Positions 1 to 10,127 are shown, counted from the first letter of the stretch. The stretch is 64,000 bases of DNA from Vulcanimicrobiota bacterium (GCA_963733295.1 CAVTCS010000003.1:1792001-1856000), one strand, 5' to 3'. The notes: generated by a model from the letters alone, not told the origin. Numbers and translations: made by a program.

Positions 1-1
1 T

Positions 2-364
2 AGAGAGCCCCAACTCGCGCCGCAGCGCTTCGATATCGTCCCGGTCCTTCGCGAGCGTGAACGTTCCGGCATTCGCAGGCGAGACACTCGAGCATCCGGT
101 CCCGCGCTGGTCGAGCAGCACGACGGTATTTGCGTTACTGAAGTGACGAGCCGGAGATTCGATGTAAGCCGTCGAGAGACCGGGGCCTCCGGCGAGCATC
201 ACAAGGGTCGGACCGCTGCCGGCCACGCGATAGCACAGCGTCGCCGCGCCGTGCCTGAACGTGTGCGTCGAGAAGGCCGGCCCGCTTGTGGAGGCAGCCG
301 TCGCGTTCAGCGGGCCGAGCATAGCCGTGGCGATGCTCGCGAAGGCAACGACACTCAGCTTCAC
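2..364 (-). CDS. Secreted alpha/beta hydrolase (proline iminopeptidase-like), truncated by the window edge
   Basis: Not in the ORF track because it runs off the edge. Manual translation from GTG at 364: MKLSVVAFASIATAMLG...GSGPTLVMLAGGPGLS...VVLLDQRGTGCS...DDIEALRRELG. The GGPG and DQRGxGxS motifs are typical of this family. Confidence 0.8.
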   Translation of the reverse strand, partial: MKLSVVAFASIATAMLGPLNATAASTSGPAFSTHTFRHGAATLCYRVAGSGPTLVMLAGGPGLSTAYIESPARHFSNANTVVLLDQRGTGCSSVSPANAGTFTLAKDRDDIEALRRELGLS

Positions 365-385
365 GGTTGCCGCCCGTCCAATCAG

Positions 386-2893
386 TTAGGGCGCGGCCAT
401 TGTCGCGTGCGCTTCCAGGGCTTGCCGCGCCAAGGCTTGCAGTGCTTCGACGTGGGCGCGGGGCAGATCGGGTAGCTTCGTTCGCAGCGCGATCGTCGTG
501 TCGTGAAGCAGATACTCGAGTTGAAGGCGCGCGAGTGCTTGCGCGTCGGGCGGCGTGCCGGCCGCGGGTGCGATCCAAAGCTGCGAGAGCCGTTTTGCGA
601 AGCGCATCTGTGCGTTGCGCCGGACGACTCCAGCCTTTGCGATCGACCCGTTTGCGAGGTCGCCGTAGAATCCGTTTCTCGTCCAATCGAAGAGGTCGGT
701 CAACGTCATCGTCGCTCCCGTCGCGTACTTCGTGGAAAGCTCGTCGATACGCTGAAGCGTCAAGGGAGCGAAGAGCTCGTTCAAGGCACGTTCCTGCGCT
801 TGTTCGGCGATCTGGACCACGGCCACATCGTGACGCGGCGTCGGGTTGTAGATCCAAGTCCCGTCGGGGCCAAGCGAACTTATCTCACTGTAGGTCAGCC
901 GATTGAGAACGTTCGGATTGAACTGCCAAGCAGCATCTGAGAACAAGTAATCTTGCAAAACTCGCCAGGCCTGGTATTCGTCCGCGCGCGCGACGGGCTC
1001 CATCGGGGCCGTGCTATGCGGGTCGCCCGCGTCTGCGCGGGAGATGTATTCGCCGCCGATGATGTGGGCCGGCATGACGGCAGTACGCGCGTACATCCTC
1101 AGCGGAGCCTGAAAGGCGCGCCGCGCTTCGTCAAAAGATTCACCGTTCTTGGGGAAACGCCGGTCGACCGCGTTCATGAGCGAATGGAGCATCGTCAACT
1201 GCATCTTTTCCCACTCGAGCGGATGATTTGTGAGATCGTCCTGCTGCACGCGCGGGTCAACCGCGTGACCGCTTTCGAACGAGACGTCCTCGTCCGACGC
1301 AAATCGATACACCGGGTCGGACCAGCGCGAAGCGATCTTGTTGAGCGCGGGGACCTCGGCTTCCGGCGTCGTCGCGTTCGGAATATAGCCGTAGCCGTAT
1401 TGCACCGCGTAGTAGTCGTACGGTCCGATCGTCAGCTGGAAGTAGTCTCCTTGCCGGGTCCCGCTCGGCCAAAGGTTGACGGGCGCGTATTCCATCACGC
1501 TGCTGGCCACGCCGTTCTTGGCCGTGAAGGCGGGGTCTTGTAGCTGTTTGGCAGTGTAGGCCACCGAGCCGATGAAGTTGTGCTGTAACCCGAGATCGTG
1601 CCCCGATTCGTGCAAGACGACCGAAGTAATCAGATCCAAGGTAAACTTCTTTTCGAGGGCTTCGTTGTCGGGCAATCCGCGCGCGGGCGCGACCACGTAG
1701 CGGTAGAACGAAGCGCCTCCGGGTCCCAGGACCGCGTCCACGTTGATCCCGACGTTGATCTCCTCTCCGGTACGCGGGTCGTTGATGATCAGCGCTTCGG
1801 CTCCGTACTGCGGACTGGAGGTATCGACCCAACTCACCATGTTGTTGCGGAGGTCGTCGACGTCGAACGTCGAGTCGTCGGGCTGCTGCCGCACTTGTAC
1901 GGCTCCCTGAATACCGATGCGGGAAAACGCGCCGTTCCACGCGAGCAACGCGTTCCTTACGGCGTCGCGGTACTCGGTTGGAACGTCGTTGCTGATTGTA
2001 AACACGATGGCGTTCTTGGCGGGCGACGGTTGGCCGGGCGTTTGCGGATTGAAGTTCCAACGGCTCACATAGTAGACGTTGCGCGAAGGGTTCCTGTCGG
2101 TTTGGAAATTCAAAAGCGGCTGTTCGAAGTACCCGACTCGGGGATCGGCGATCCGCGGCATATACCCGTTCTGCGGAGCCGCGACGATGTTGTACGTCAT
2201 CCGAACCTCAACGCTCCGAGGATCGGGGACGTTATCGATCTTGTCGGGCGTGTCGGTTGCCCACGTCTGATCGACCCGCAGGATCGTGTTCTGCGGAAAA
2301 CTCTTGGTCTCGGTGAAAAACGTGCGCGCCGCGTCGAGATGATAGGCGTTTTCGGGTTTCTTAGCGACGCTATCGAACTGCGCCTTGAGGTTTGCGACGT
2401 CGCCTAAGAAAGCCGCGGCCGAGAAGGCCACCATCGTATCGGACTGCGCTTCGATCGGCGCGATGGCGACGATCGAGCTTGCGAGGGATGCCTGCACTCC
2501 GGCGGCCTGGGGCGAATTCGGATCGACCTTGGCAATCGTGTTCGGCCAACGGATCACGATGTTGTCGTCGACGCGTTCGAACCGCATGATGCGGGCGGGC
2601 GCCACGTACGGCTCGCCCGGCGCCGGTCCGAAGCCGCCGAGTCCCGTGGAGGGAACGGCGATCTCGATGAAGTCTTTGCCCAGTTGCGCGGTCGAGACGG
2701 CTAAGTAAACCTTTCCGTTTTTACGGATGACGCCGAGCAGTCCATTCACGACCGTCGCGCCCTTGACGAACGCGTCGTACTTCGCCGGCGCAGAGGACGG
2801 AGTCGCGGCACTATTGTCCGTTGCCGCAAATGCGCGAGAACCGGGCGCAAATAAGAGGACCGCAATCAGAAAAAGTCTGAAAACCGGGCGCAT
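386..2893 (-). CDS. Secreted zinc-dependent metalloprotease (DUF5117/DUF4953, EcxA-like)
   Basis: Signal peptide after ATG at 2893 (RBS GGGGAGG). Contains PRIADPRVGYF, the HESGHDLGLQHNF zinc motif and the SSVMEY Met-turn. Confidence 0.85.
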   Translation of the reverse strand: MRPVFRLFLIAVLLFAPGSRAFAATDNSAATPSSAPAKYDAFVKGATVVNGLLGVIRKNGKVYLAVSTAQLGKDFIEIAVPSTGLGGFGPAPGEPYVAPARIMRFERVDDNIVIRWPNTIAKVDPNSPQAAGVQASLASSIVAIAPIEAQSDTMVAFSAAAFLGDVANLKAQFDSVAKKPENAYHLDAARTFFTETKSFPQNTILRVDQTWATDTPDKIDNVPDPRSVEVRMTYNIVAAPQNGYMPRIADPRVGYFEQPLLNFQTDRNPSRNVYYVSRWNFNPQTPGQPSPAKNAIVFTISNDVPTEYRDAVRNALLAWNGAFSRIGIQGAVQVRQQPDDSTFDVDDLRNNMVSWVDTSSPQYGAEALIINDPRTGEEINVGINVDAVLGPGGASFYRYVVAPARGLPDNEALEKKFTLDLITSVVLHESGHDLGLQHNFIGSVAYTAKQLQDPAFTAKNGVASSVMEYAPVNLWPSGTRQGDYFQLTIGPYDYYAVQYGYGYIPNATTPEAEVPALNKIASRWSDPVYRFASDEDVSFESGHAVDPRVQQDDLTNHPLEWEKMQLTMLHSLMNAVDRRFPKNGESFDEARRAFQAPLRMYARTAVMPAHIIGGEYISRADAGDPHSTAPMEPVARADEYQAWRVLQDYLFSDAAWQFNPNVLNRLTYSEISSLGPDGTWIYNPTPRHDVAVVQIAEQAQERALNELFAPLTLQRIDELSTKYATGATMTLTDLFDWTRNGFYGDLANGSIAKAGVVRRNAQMRFAKRLSQLWIAPAAGTPPDAQALARLQLEYLLHDTTIALRTKLPDLPRAHVEALQALARQALEAHATMAAP

Positions 2894-2966
2894 AACAACC
2901 TCCCCAGGATGACTTCCAACTACGCCGATAAAGCAATCCCACCCTCGCGGCTCGAAGGAGGGGCCC

Positions 2967-3500
2967 ATGAATTGGGAGGCGGTTACCGCGCTAAGCACGG
3001 CCTTTACTGGGCTCGTGATTTTCCTGACGGTCATCTATGCGGCTCGGCAAGTCCACGCCTTGAACGAGCAATCCAAAGCACTCGGAGCGCAGCTCGAACA
3101 CCTTCGGCGCGCAACGCAGCTCGACGGAACGCTCGCCATCTTTGAGGAACTCTTTTCACCCGACGTCATGGCCGCCTATCGATTTATTATGACCGACTAC
3201 GACGAACGGATGAAAGACGAACGCTACCGCGCCGAAGCCATCCAGAGCATCCCGGACCCCGAAAAGCACAAAGAGATCCACTTCCTGCGTCATATGGAGC
3301 GCATCGGCACGTTGGTCAAGGGCGGCCTGTTGGACTCGGACGTGTTGCTTGACTTCAGCGACGAAATGATTCTGGGAACCTGGAAGCATCTCAAGCCCCT
3401 CGTGCTCGAACAGCGTCGCTATCTCAAGCGCGAGCGATTGTGGGAGAACTTCGAATTCATCGAATCTCTGGCTGCAGAAGAGAACCCCGCATGGCAGTGA
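2967..3500 (+). CDS. Hypothetical membrane-anchored protein (DUF4760-like)
   Basis: RBS GGAGG. N-terminal transmembrane helix, then a helical body ending LWENFEFI. The family call is by recalled resemblance. Confidence 0.65.
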   Translation: MNWEAVTALSTAFTGLVIFLTVIYAARQVHALNEQSKALGAQLEHLRRATQLDGTLAIFEELFSPDVMAAYRFIMTDYDERMKDERYRAEAIQSIPDPEKHKEIHFLRHMERIGTLVKGGLLDSDVLLDFSDEMILGTWKHLKPLVLEQRRYLKRERLWENFEFIESLAAEENPAWQ

Positions 3501-4054
3501 CGGCGCTCGATCCAAAGACGGCCCTTGTCGTCATCGATCTCCAAAAAGGAATTCTATCGTACCCGACAGCGCACCCGATCGTGGGGGTGGTCAAACGCGC
3601 CGGCGCGTTGACCGACGCGTTCCGCCGCAGAAGTCTGCCGGTCGTGCTCGTCAACGTTGAGGGCGCAGCGCCGGGCCGAACGGAACATGCGCGCAACGCC
3701 GGTGAACGCCCCGCCGGATGGGCCGATCTCGTCCCCGAGTTGAATCAACAGCCGGGAGACCACACGGTAACGAAGCGCACGTGGGGAGCCTTCACGAACA
3801 CCGATCTCGAAGCGCACCTCAAGGGCTTGGGCGTCACGCAGATCGTCATCGCCGGCGTCGCTACCAGCATCGGAGTCGAGTCGACCGCACGCGATGCATA
3901 CGAGCGCGGGTTCAACGTCACGCTCGTTATCGATGCCATGACCGACGCGAGCGTCGACGCTCACGCCAACAGTGTCACGCGAATCTTCCCTAGATTGGGC
4001 GAAACCGGTACGACGCAAGAGATACTCGGGCTCCTCGACCCAACCCGCATCTAA
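3491..4054 (+). CDS. Isochorismatase-family hydrolase
   Basis: ALVVIDLQKG, VTKRTWGAF and GVATSIGVESTARDAYERGF motifs. ATG at 3491 overlaps the end of the upstream gene. Confidence 0.9.
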   Translation: MAVTALDPKTALVVIDLQKGILSYPTAHPIVGVVKRAGALTDAFRRRSLPVVLVNVEGAAPGRTEHARNAGERPAGWADLVPELNQQPGDHTVTKRTWGAFTNTDLEAHLKGLGVTQIVIAGVATSIGVESTARDAYERGFNVTLVIDAMTDASVDAHANSVTRIFPRLGETGTTQEILGLLDPTRI

Positions 4055-4064
4055 CGGGCGAGAA

Positions 4065-4081
4065 CCTGGGAAATTCCCAGG
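4065..4081. promoter_or_regulatory. Perfect 8-bp inverted repeat CCTGGGAA-A-TTCCCAGG immediately before the primase/helicase start
   Basis: Read directly from the sequence; it ends 2 nt before the ATG at 4084. Function (operator or RBS-occluding hairpin) is inferred. Confidence 0.35.
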
Positions 4082-4083
4082 GA

Positions 4084-5826
4084 ATGACGGCAACGTCGTC
4101 GCCGCGAAAAAGCCCCATACAGATGTTGACCGGCACCATCGTGGACCATTACGAATACCTGGACGAAGCAGGACATCCGCTTTACCAAACGGTGCGCTCC
4201 GAGCCCAAGTCATTTTTTCAGCGTCGGCCTGACGGCGAGGGCGGTTGGATCGATAACCTGGAGGGCGTACGCCGCATCCCGTTCCACCTGCGCGCTCTCA
4301 TCGCCGATCGGGCGCGCAACGTCGTCTACGTTGTCGAGAACGAGAAGGACGTTCTGGCGCTGCACAAGCGCGGACTGACGGCCACGACGAGCGCGGGCGG
4401 CGCCGCTTGGAAGTGGCCCGACGAGTGGGCCGATTACTTCAAAGGAGCTACGCATGTCGTCGTCATCGCGGACAACGACAAGGCGGCCGTCGAGGCTGCC
4501 TATCAGCGAGCCGGCGTCATTGCTCGCGTCTGCCACGATGTTCGAGTCATCGAGGCTCTGCCCGGTATCCCCGACAACGGAGACGTTAGCGATTGGCTCG
4601 CAATCGGAGGCAACACGAAGGATCGGCTTGAGGCGTTAGCAGCGAAGCTTCCGAAATTCAGCCCCTTGCCTTCGGCGCAGCAACAGCATCAACAACAGAA
4701 GGCTCCATCTGAAAGCGTGACCGTGATGGAGCAGTGGGGGGCTCTCCTTCGACGGGTTGTCGATGACGGCCGGCTCGACGGTCATCTCAGTTTCGCGGGG
4801 GAGTGGCGGACGGACGGTACGCGACCTGTTCGGTGCCCGTTCGCGAACGAGCATCAAAGCCTCGAGGAGACAAACCCCAGCGCCTATCTCATGACGCAAA
4901 AAGGCTCGGGCCTGCGCTGCAACAACGAGAACCACAAGTCCGGCGTTCTCGGTTTGCTGAGAGACATCGGCTGGGCAAGTGACACCGACGCCGCTCGTCG
5001 CAAGCTGACGGCCCTCGGCTATACCCTTCCCGCTTCCCGACCGCTGCAAATCGTAACGCTTTCAGACATTGAAGAGCTCCCCATGCAGTGGCTCTGGGAC
5101 GGCCGCATAGCCTACAACTGCCTGACCATCCTCGCCGGAGACGGCGGCATCGGGAAATCGTACGTCACGGTCGCTACCGCCGCGGCCGTCACGAGAGGCG
5201 GGAAGCTGCCGGTCGATGGCGGCATGCAGGATGTCGAGCAGGGCGACGTTCTTCTGGTTGGTTTCGAGGACGGCGTGGGCATCGCAATCGCGCAAGTCAT
5301 CAAAAAGCGCGCTCGCCTCTGCGACGTGGACGATACTCACCTGCACGTCATCGAGGGCGCTCGCGACGAGAAGGGCAAAATCGTGCCGTTCTCGCGCGTC
5401 CACGTGGATCTCATCGCTGCTCATTTGCGCGAGAACCCCGGCGTACGGCTCGTCGTCATCGACCCCTTGATGAGCTACACCGGGAAGGCAGACGCGTACC
5501 GTGATAACGACGTGCGCGAGGCCCTTCACGGCATCGTCGACGTCATCCAAAAGTGTCCAAACAAAGTCGCGCTGCTCATCGTACACCCCAACCGCAAGGC
5601 GGCTGGAGAGAAAGGTACCGATAGAGTCGCAGGCTCAGTGGGTCTGACGAACCTCGCGCGCAGTGTTATCGCGGCCGGCTACGAGAAGCTCCGTGACGAG
5701 ACGACCGGCGAAGAACGTAACGGCCGAAAGATGCTGACGGTCATCAAGGGTAACGATTTTGGCACGACCTCTGCCATACCGTTCGGCATCAACGACGACG
5801 GGACGTTCTGGTGGTCTAAGGGTTGA
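4084..5826 (+). CDS. Toprim primase domain + AAA_25 (RecA/RepA-type) helicase fusion, phage/plasmid type
   Basis: YEYLDEAGHPLYQTVR..KSFFQRR, Toprim VYVVENEKD and IADND, central C..H/C..H region (CPFANEH, CNNENH), Walker A AGDGGIGKS, Walker B LVVIDP. Confidence 0.85.
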   Translation: MTATSSPRKSPIQMLTGTIVDHYEYLDEAGHPLYQTVRSEPKSFFQRRPDGEGGWIDNLEGVRRIPFHLRALIADRARNVVYVVENEKDVLALHKRGLTATTSAGGAAWKWPDEWADYFKGATHVVVIADNDKAAVEAAYQRAGVIARVCHDVRVIEALPGIPDNGDVSDWLAIGGNTKDRLEALAAKLPKFSPLPSAQQQHQQQKAPSESVTVMEQWGALLRRVVDDGRLDGHLSFAGEWRTDGTRPVRCPFANEHQSLEETNPSAYLMTQKGSGLRCNNENHKSGVLGLLRDIGWASDTDAARRKLTALGYTLPASRPLQIVTLSDIEELPMQWLWDGRIAYNCLTILAGDGGIGKSYVTVATAAAVTRGGKLPVDGGMQDVEQGDVLLVGFEDGVGIAIAQVIKKRARLCDVDDTHLHVIEGARDEKGKIVPFSRVHVDLIAAHLRENPGVRLVVIDPLMSYTGKADAYRDNDVREALHGIVDVIQKCPNKVALLIVHPNRKAAGEKGTDRVAGSVGLTNLARSVIAAGYEKLRDETTGEERNGRKMLTVIKGNDFGTTSAIPFGINDDGTFWWSKG

Positions 5827-6964
5827 CTTTGTAATCGGCGACCATGCCGCTTTCCATGTGGTCGCTCACGTGGCAATGGAACATCCAGATGCCTGGATTG
5901 TCGGGAACCATGTCCGCCGTTAGCGATTGCGCCGGCGAGATGCTGAGGACGTCGACTCGGCTTCCATTCACGAGGACGGTGTTGCCGTGCCAGTGGGGCG
6001 TATGGAAATTGAACCCTTCGCCCAGCGTTAGGACGTACCAGCGCACGTGGTCTCCCCGCTTCATCACCGGCATGGGCATGTTCCCGAACTGATAGCCGTT
6101 GATCGACGAGCGAAAGTTGACGACCGGCACTCCCGTTCCGATCAGCGCGTCGAAGTTTCCGTTCGGATCGACGTTCCCGGCCTTGAACTTATCGGACGGC
6201 TTGTAGTCGGGCACGAAGCGCTTGAGGTTCTGATTGATGAACCAGCTGTTGTTCTCATCGAAGATCATGAAGAGCGTCGCGAACTCGTGGTCGACGTCTT
6301 TTGGGGTGCCGTCGGGCCGGGCCATGCCCTGACGCGTGACCACGATCGCTCCGATTAAGCCGGAGTTCACGTCGCGGCGCTCGTCGACGTGCGAGTGGTA
6401 GAACCAGACGATCGAGCTGGGATCGTTCGGTCCAGGGCCGGCTCGCTCCGGAACGTCCCATTCATAGGTGAAGGTCTTGCCGGGCGCGACCGCCTCGCCG
6501 CCTTTCTCACTCGCGGGCACTCCGTCGGCGTAAGGCGATCCCTCCGACGCTTTCGCGTAGAACACGCCGTGTGGATGCATGCTATACGGATGCGTCCCAT
6601 TGTTGCGAAAGACGATCTTGATCGTATCGCCGACTTCCGCATGAATCAGCGGGCCTAGGATCCCGAGATACCGTTCGCTTTGCGGGCGCGGCTTGGGGTG
6701 TGCAAAAGTGGCGTCGGTGTACTCGCGATACACCGCCTTGCGGTAGACCACGCCGATCTGGTGAGGGCCGTGCTGCGTAAAGATCTTGGCATAACCTTCG
6801 GGCGGCATGCCCATCATCTTGTCGATTCCGCTCGGGAAGTAGTTCCAATCGATCTCGTCCGCCGCGATATAGTAGGTTCTCACCTGGCCCGAGGTCGCCG
6901 GCGGCGACGCGGCGAGACCGAAGACGGCGAGAAAGAGAATACAAAGCCGTAGGACTCGTTTCAA
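5816..6964 (-). CDS. Two-domain multicopper oxidase (small laccase/ceruloplasmin-like), secreted
   Basis: Signal peptide. Copper motifs HPHG, WFYHSH, HTPHWHG and HCHVSDHMESGM. Confidence 0.9.
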   Translation of the reverse strand: MKRVLRLCILFLAVFGLAASPPATSGQVRTYYIAADEIDWNYFPSGIDKMMGMPPEGYAKIFTQHGPHQIGVVYRKAVYREYTDATFAHPKPRPQSERYLGILGPLIHAEVGDTIKIVFRNNGTHPYSMHPHGVFYAKASEGSPYADGVPASEKGGEAVAPGKTFTYEWDVPERAGPGPNDPSSIVWFYHSHVDERRDVNSGLIGAIVVTRQGMARPDGTPKDVDHEFATLFMIFDENNSWFINQNLKRFVPDYKPSDKFKAGNVDPNGNFDALIGTGVPVVNFRSSINGYQFGNMPMPVMKRGDHVRWYVLTLGEGFNFHTPHWHGNTVLVNGSRVDVLSISPAQSLTADMVPDNPGIWMFHCHVSDHMESGMVADYKVNP

Positions 6965-7117
6965 AAGTAAAAGACCCCCACTTCTGCCTCGCGCCGGCGC
7001 GAATAGGAGAAAGTTCGCCCCCTAAAATTCGGAGCAAACTATCGGGCCTTTAGTACGGCGTGGGCGCTCGCATTCCTGGGAACCTTCGGCTAGCCGTTCA
7101 TCCGTTCGATGGCTTCG

Positions 7118-7429
7118 TCACCGCGAGAAGGCCGCGAGCCAAGGCCTCACTTCGACGACGAGGAGTCCGCTTTGTACGGCGGGGTCGGCTTGCGCGATTT
7201 CGTCCGCTAGCGAGCGGCTGACACCGGGAGCGAAAACCATCATGCCGCCGCTCGAATCGATGAACGGTCCGCCCCGCTCGAGATGACCGTCCTTTAGCGC
7301 GGCTCCGTAGTGCGCGACGTGGTCGCGCACACCCGGTTGCTCCGAGAACTCCGTCCCGGAACGCCACGCCGGGCCCGGCCGGTGAAAGGCAACGAAACGA
7401 ATCGGCGCCTCCTCGTCGGACTCTGCCAT
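7118..7429 (-). CDS. YciI-family protein
   Basis: DHVAHY...GGPFIDSSGGMMVF...ADPAVQSG..EVRPW pattern. Confidence 0.75.
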   Translation of the reverse strand: MAESDEEAPIRFVAFHRPGPAWRSGTEFSEQPGVRDHVAHYGAALKDGHLERGGPFIDSSGGMMVFAPGVSRSLADEIAQADPAVQSGLLVVEVRPWLAAFSR

Positions 7430-7523
7430 ACGAATACTTTTGACGCACGCGGAAGCATCCCCGGAAGCAAACGGAAACTTCCGGCACGCACCGAGCGGAA
7501 TGTGACCTACGCGGCGCGTGCCG

Positions 7524-7781
7524 TTACGTGCGCGCTTTGCTCAGCGAGCGACCGATGAACAGCAAAATCACGGCGCCGATGAACGCGACAATAATGCTCG
7601 AGAGATTGATGCCCGTTACCCCGGCGTGCCCGAAGAAGCTGAAGATCCAGCCACCCAGAAGCGCTCCAATGATGCCGATGACGAGATCACCTAGTATTCC
7701 ACCGGGTCCCTCGCCAGGCACGACGTATTTCGCGAGGAAACCTGCGATAAGGCCGACGACTAGCCAACCGATGATACCCAT
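7524..7781 (-). CDS. GlsB/YeaQ/YmgE family (transglycosylase-associated) membrane protein
   Basis: MGIIGWLVVGLIAGFLAK...GIIGALLGGWIF...IIVAFIGAVILL; ATG at 7781. Confidence 0.9.
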   Translation of the reverse strand: MGIIGWLVVGLIAGFLAKYVVPGEGPGGILGDLVIGIIGALLGGWIFSFFGHAGVTGINLSSIIVAFIGAVILLFIGRSLSKART

Positions 7782-7968
7782 TCTGAACCTACCCCCACTT
7801 AGCAGATCGCGCGGTAACGCGAGCAAATGACTTCCGATCGGCCTTTGCGCTGCCCTTTTACCCTGAAGTCTCGCGACTTAGGCCTTTCGCGTCAGCAGGA
7901 CGCGCTTTCCGCCTTACTAGCGGCCTTGCGCCGCCGTGCCCGAAACCGTTGCAGATGGAGGAGTGACG

Positions 7969-8812
7969 TTGAGACACCTTCTTACCCTCGTGGCGAGCGC
8001 ATCGCTCCTCATCGGAACGCTCGCGGCCGCGAGTCCGATCGACGGAACCTTTGCCCTGCAAACCGGCACTCCGAAAGTGTCGGGCGTTCTTGCGCGCCTC
8101 GAGCGTCGCTACCGATCCGTTGACTCAGAAGCTCGACATCTGGTTGACGCCGCTCGCCGGAACGGCGCCGATTCGCCACTACGCCGTCGACATGACCAAG
8201 CTGCTTCACCTCATCATCGTCAGCGACGATTTCAAGCAATTCTCGCACGTTCACCCGTCGCTCGGCGCCGACGGGCATTTCACGATCCAGCAAACGCTTC
8301 CGGTTGCCGCGCTGTACCACGCCTACGCCGACGGCGAACCGCTGGGACTCGGCCAACAGGTCTTCCGCTTCGACTTTGCGGTCGGCGGCGACGCGCCGGC
8401 AGCCGCGCGTTCGCTCGCGCCGAGCGGCACGCGCGCCCAGGCGGGGCCGTACGTCGTCACGCTCGACACGCTGACCCTGACTGCCGGAAAAGCTAGCGTC
8501 CTGACAATTCGGATTCTGCGCAACGGCAAGCCCGCGCGCGATCTGCATCCATATCTCGGCGCGCCGGCGCACGCGGTCTTCCTCGACGCGAAAGATCTCA
8601 CGTACGTCCACGTCCATCCGGGCGCACCCGGCTCCGCCGAAATGGAATCGATGCCCGGAATGGCGATGCCGGCGATGCCGGATTCGGCAAGCTCGTCCCC
8701 CGACCTCACGTTGCACGTCACGGTGCACGAAGCGGGTCAGTATAAAATGTGGCTGGAGTTTCGGGGCGGCGCGGCGCTCTACGTCGCGCCGTTCGTCCTC
8801 ACGGCGACCTAA
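7969..8812 (+). CDS. Secreted His-rich putative metal-binding protein, apparent +1 frameshift near 8081-8084
   Basis: RBS GGAGGAG and TTG start. The signal peptide lies in the 7936 frame; the body (LLHLIIVSDD..FSHVHP, PYLGAPAHAVF..YVHVHP, Met-rich loop) lies in the 8051 frame. Removing one G in TCGGGCG joins the two. Confidence 0.7.
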
Positions 8813-10127
8813 CTTCCGGCGAAATGATGATGCCGCCCTCGAGCGCGGCCTGCTGTTGCGCCGCTTTCGTATAGACGCGTAGTTCGGCGATGTCGCGCGG
8901 AAAGAGCAGCCCGAAAGTCCAGTCGAAGGTGACGCGGATGCGCCGGTCGAGTCCGGGCAGTCGCGCGAGGTAATACGTCCGCCACAAGAACCACGCGGGG
9001 AAGCCGGTGAGCAGGAATTTCCCCCACAGGCCGGCGACGCCGTGGCGCGCCCCGAGCGAAGCCATCATGCCGATCGCTTCGTAGTGAAAAGACTTCGTCG
9101 GCTTTCCGCGCAGCGTCGCGACGATGTTCGCACCGAGCACGGGACCTTCGCGGATCGCGTGTTGCGCCGTCTGCGGATAGGTTCCGCCGTGCGGATCGGG
9201 GATCGAAGCGCAATCGCCGATCGCCCAAACACCGGGATGTCCGGGTACCGACATGTCCGGATTCGTGATTATCGATCCGCCGCGACCGGTTCCGATCGAG
9301 AGCCCGGCGACGACGGGCGAAGGCCGCACGCCCGCGCTCCAGACGATCGTGCCCGCTTCGATTCGCCGGCCGTCTTTGAGTATGAGCCCGCTCTCGTCGG
9401 CGCCGCCGACGAGCGCGTCGAGCAAGACCCGCACGCCGCGACCCTCGAGTTCGCGCGCGCTGTATTCTCCCATCCCGGCCTGCAGCTCGGGCAGCAGCTT
9501 CGCGCCACCCTCGACCAGCACGACCTCGATCTCGCGCGCATCGATCGAGCGGTAAAATTTGACGATGCTCCGGAAGAAGTCGACCATCTCGCCCGCCGCC
9601 TCGACGCCCGTGAATCCGCCACCGACGAAAACGAAGGTCAGCAACCGTTTGCGCTGGACGGGGTCTGCGGCGACGTCGGCGAGTTCGAGCATCGCGATGA
9701 CGTGATTGCGCAGCCGGTCGGCGTCCTCGAGCGTCTTCAAGGGCAGCGCGTGTTCGGCGACGCCCGGCAAATTGAACGTCGACGTCACCGCGCCGACGCC
9801 GATCACCAGCTGATCGTAGCTGAGTTTTTGATCCGCTCCGAGGATCGTGTGTTCGACGACGACCGAACGCGCGGTGAGGTCGATCGAGCGCACGTCGGCA
9901 AGGACGAAACGGGCGCGCCGCAACTGAGCGCGCAGCGGCGTTGCAACGTGGCGAGCCTCCAAGTTTCCGGAGCTCACTTCGGGCAGCATCGGCGTGAACA
10001 GCGAAAAGTTTTCGCGACTGACGAGCGTAATCGCGGCTTCTTCCGGCCGGAGCATTCGCTCCAGCGTTCTGGCGGTCGTAAGGCCGCCAAAACCGCCGCC
10101 TAAGATTAGAATACTCGCGGATGCCAC
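8799..10127 (-). CDS. ndh: NAD(P)/FAD-dependent oxidoreductase, type II NADH dehydrogenase family
   Basis: GGGFGG and VGGGFTGVE Rossmann motifs, WAIGDCA, PQTAQHA. The GTG start at 10127 is inferred. Confidence 0.8.
   Translation of the reverse strand: MASASILILGGGFGGLTTARTLERMLRPEEAAITLVSRENFSLFTPMLPEVSSGNLEARHVATPLRAQLRRARFVLADVRSIDLTARSVVVEHTILGADQKLSYDQLVIGVGAVTSTFNLPGVAEHALPLKTLEDADRLRNHVIAMLELADVAADPVQRKRLLTFVFVGGGFTGVEAAGEMVDFFRSIVKFYRSIDAREIEVVLVEGGAKLLPELQAGMGEYSARELEGRGVRVLLDALVGGADESGLILKDGRRIEAGTIVWSAGVRPSPVVAGLSIGTGRGGSIITNPDMSVPGHPGVWAIGDCASIPDPHGGTYPQTAQHAIREGPVLGANIVATLRGKPTKSFHYEAIGMMASLGARHGVAGLWGKFLLTGFPAWFLWRTYYLARLPGLDRRIRVTFDWTFGLLFPRDIAELRVYTKAAQQQAALEGGIIISPEVRSP

Noticed and set aside
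4084..5826. Prophage or integrative element around the primase-helicase
   Set aside because: No integrase, terminase, capsid, flanking direct repeats or tRNA target recognised.
5816..5826. Overlapping 3' ends of convergent genes (also 8799-8812, 12562-12572, 26560-26563)
   Set aside because: Common in compact high-GC genomes; no further signal.
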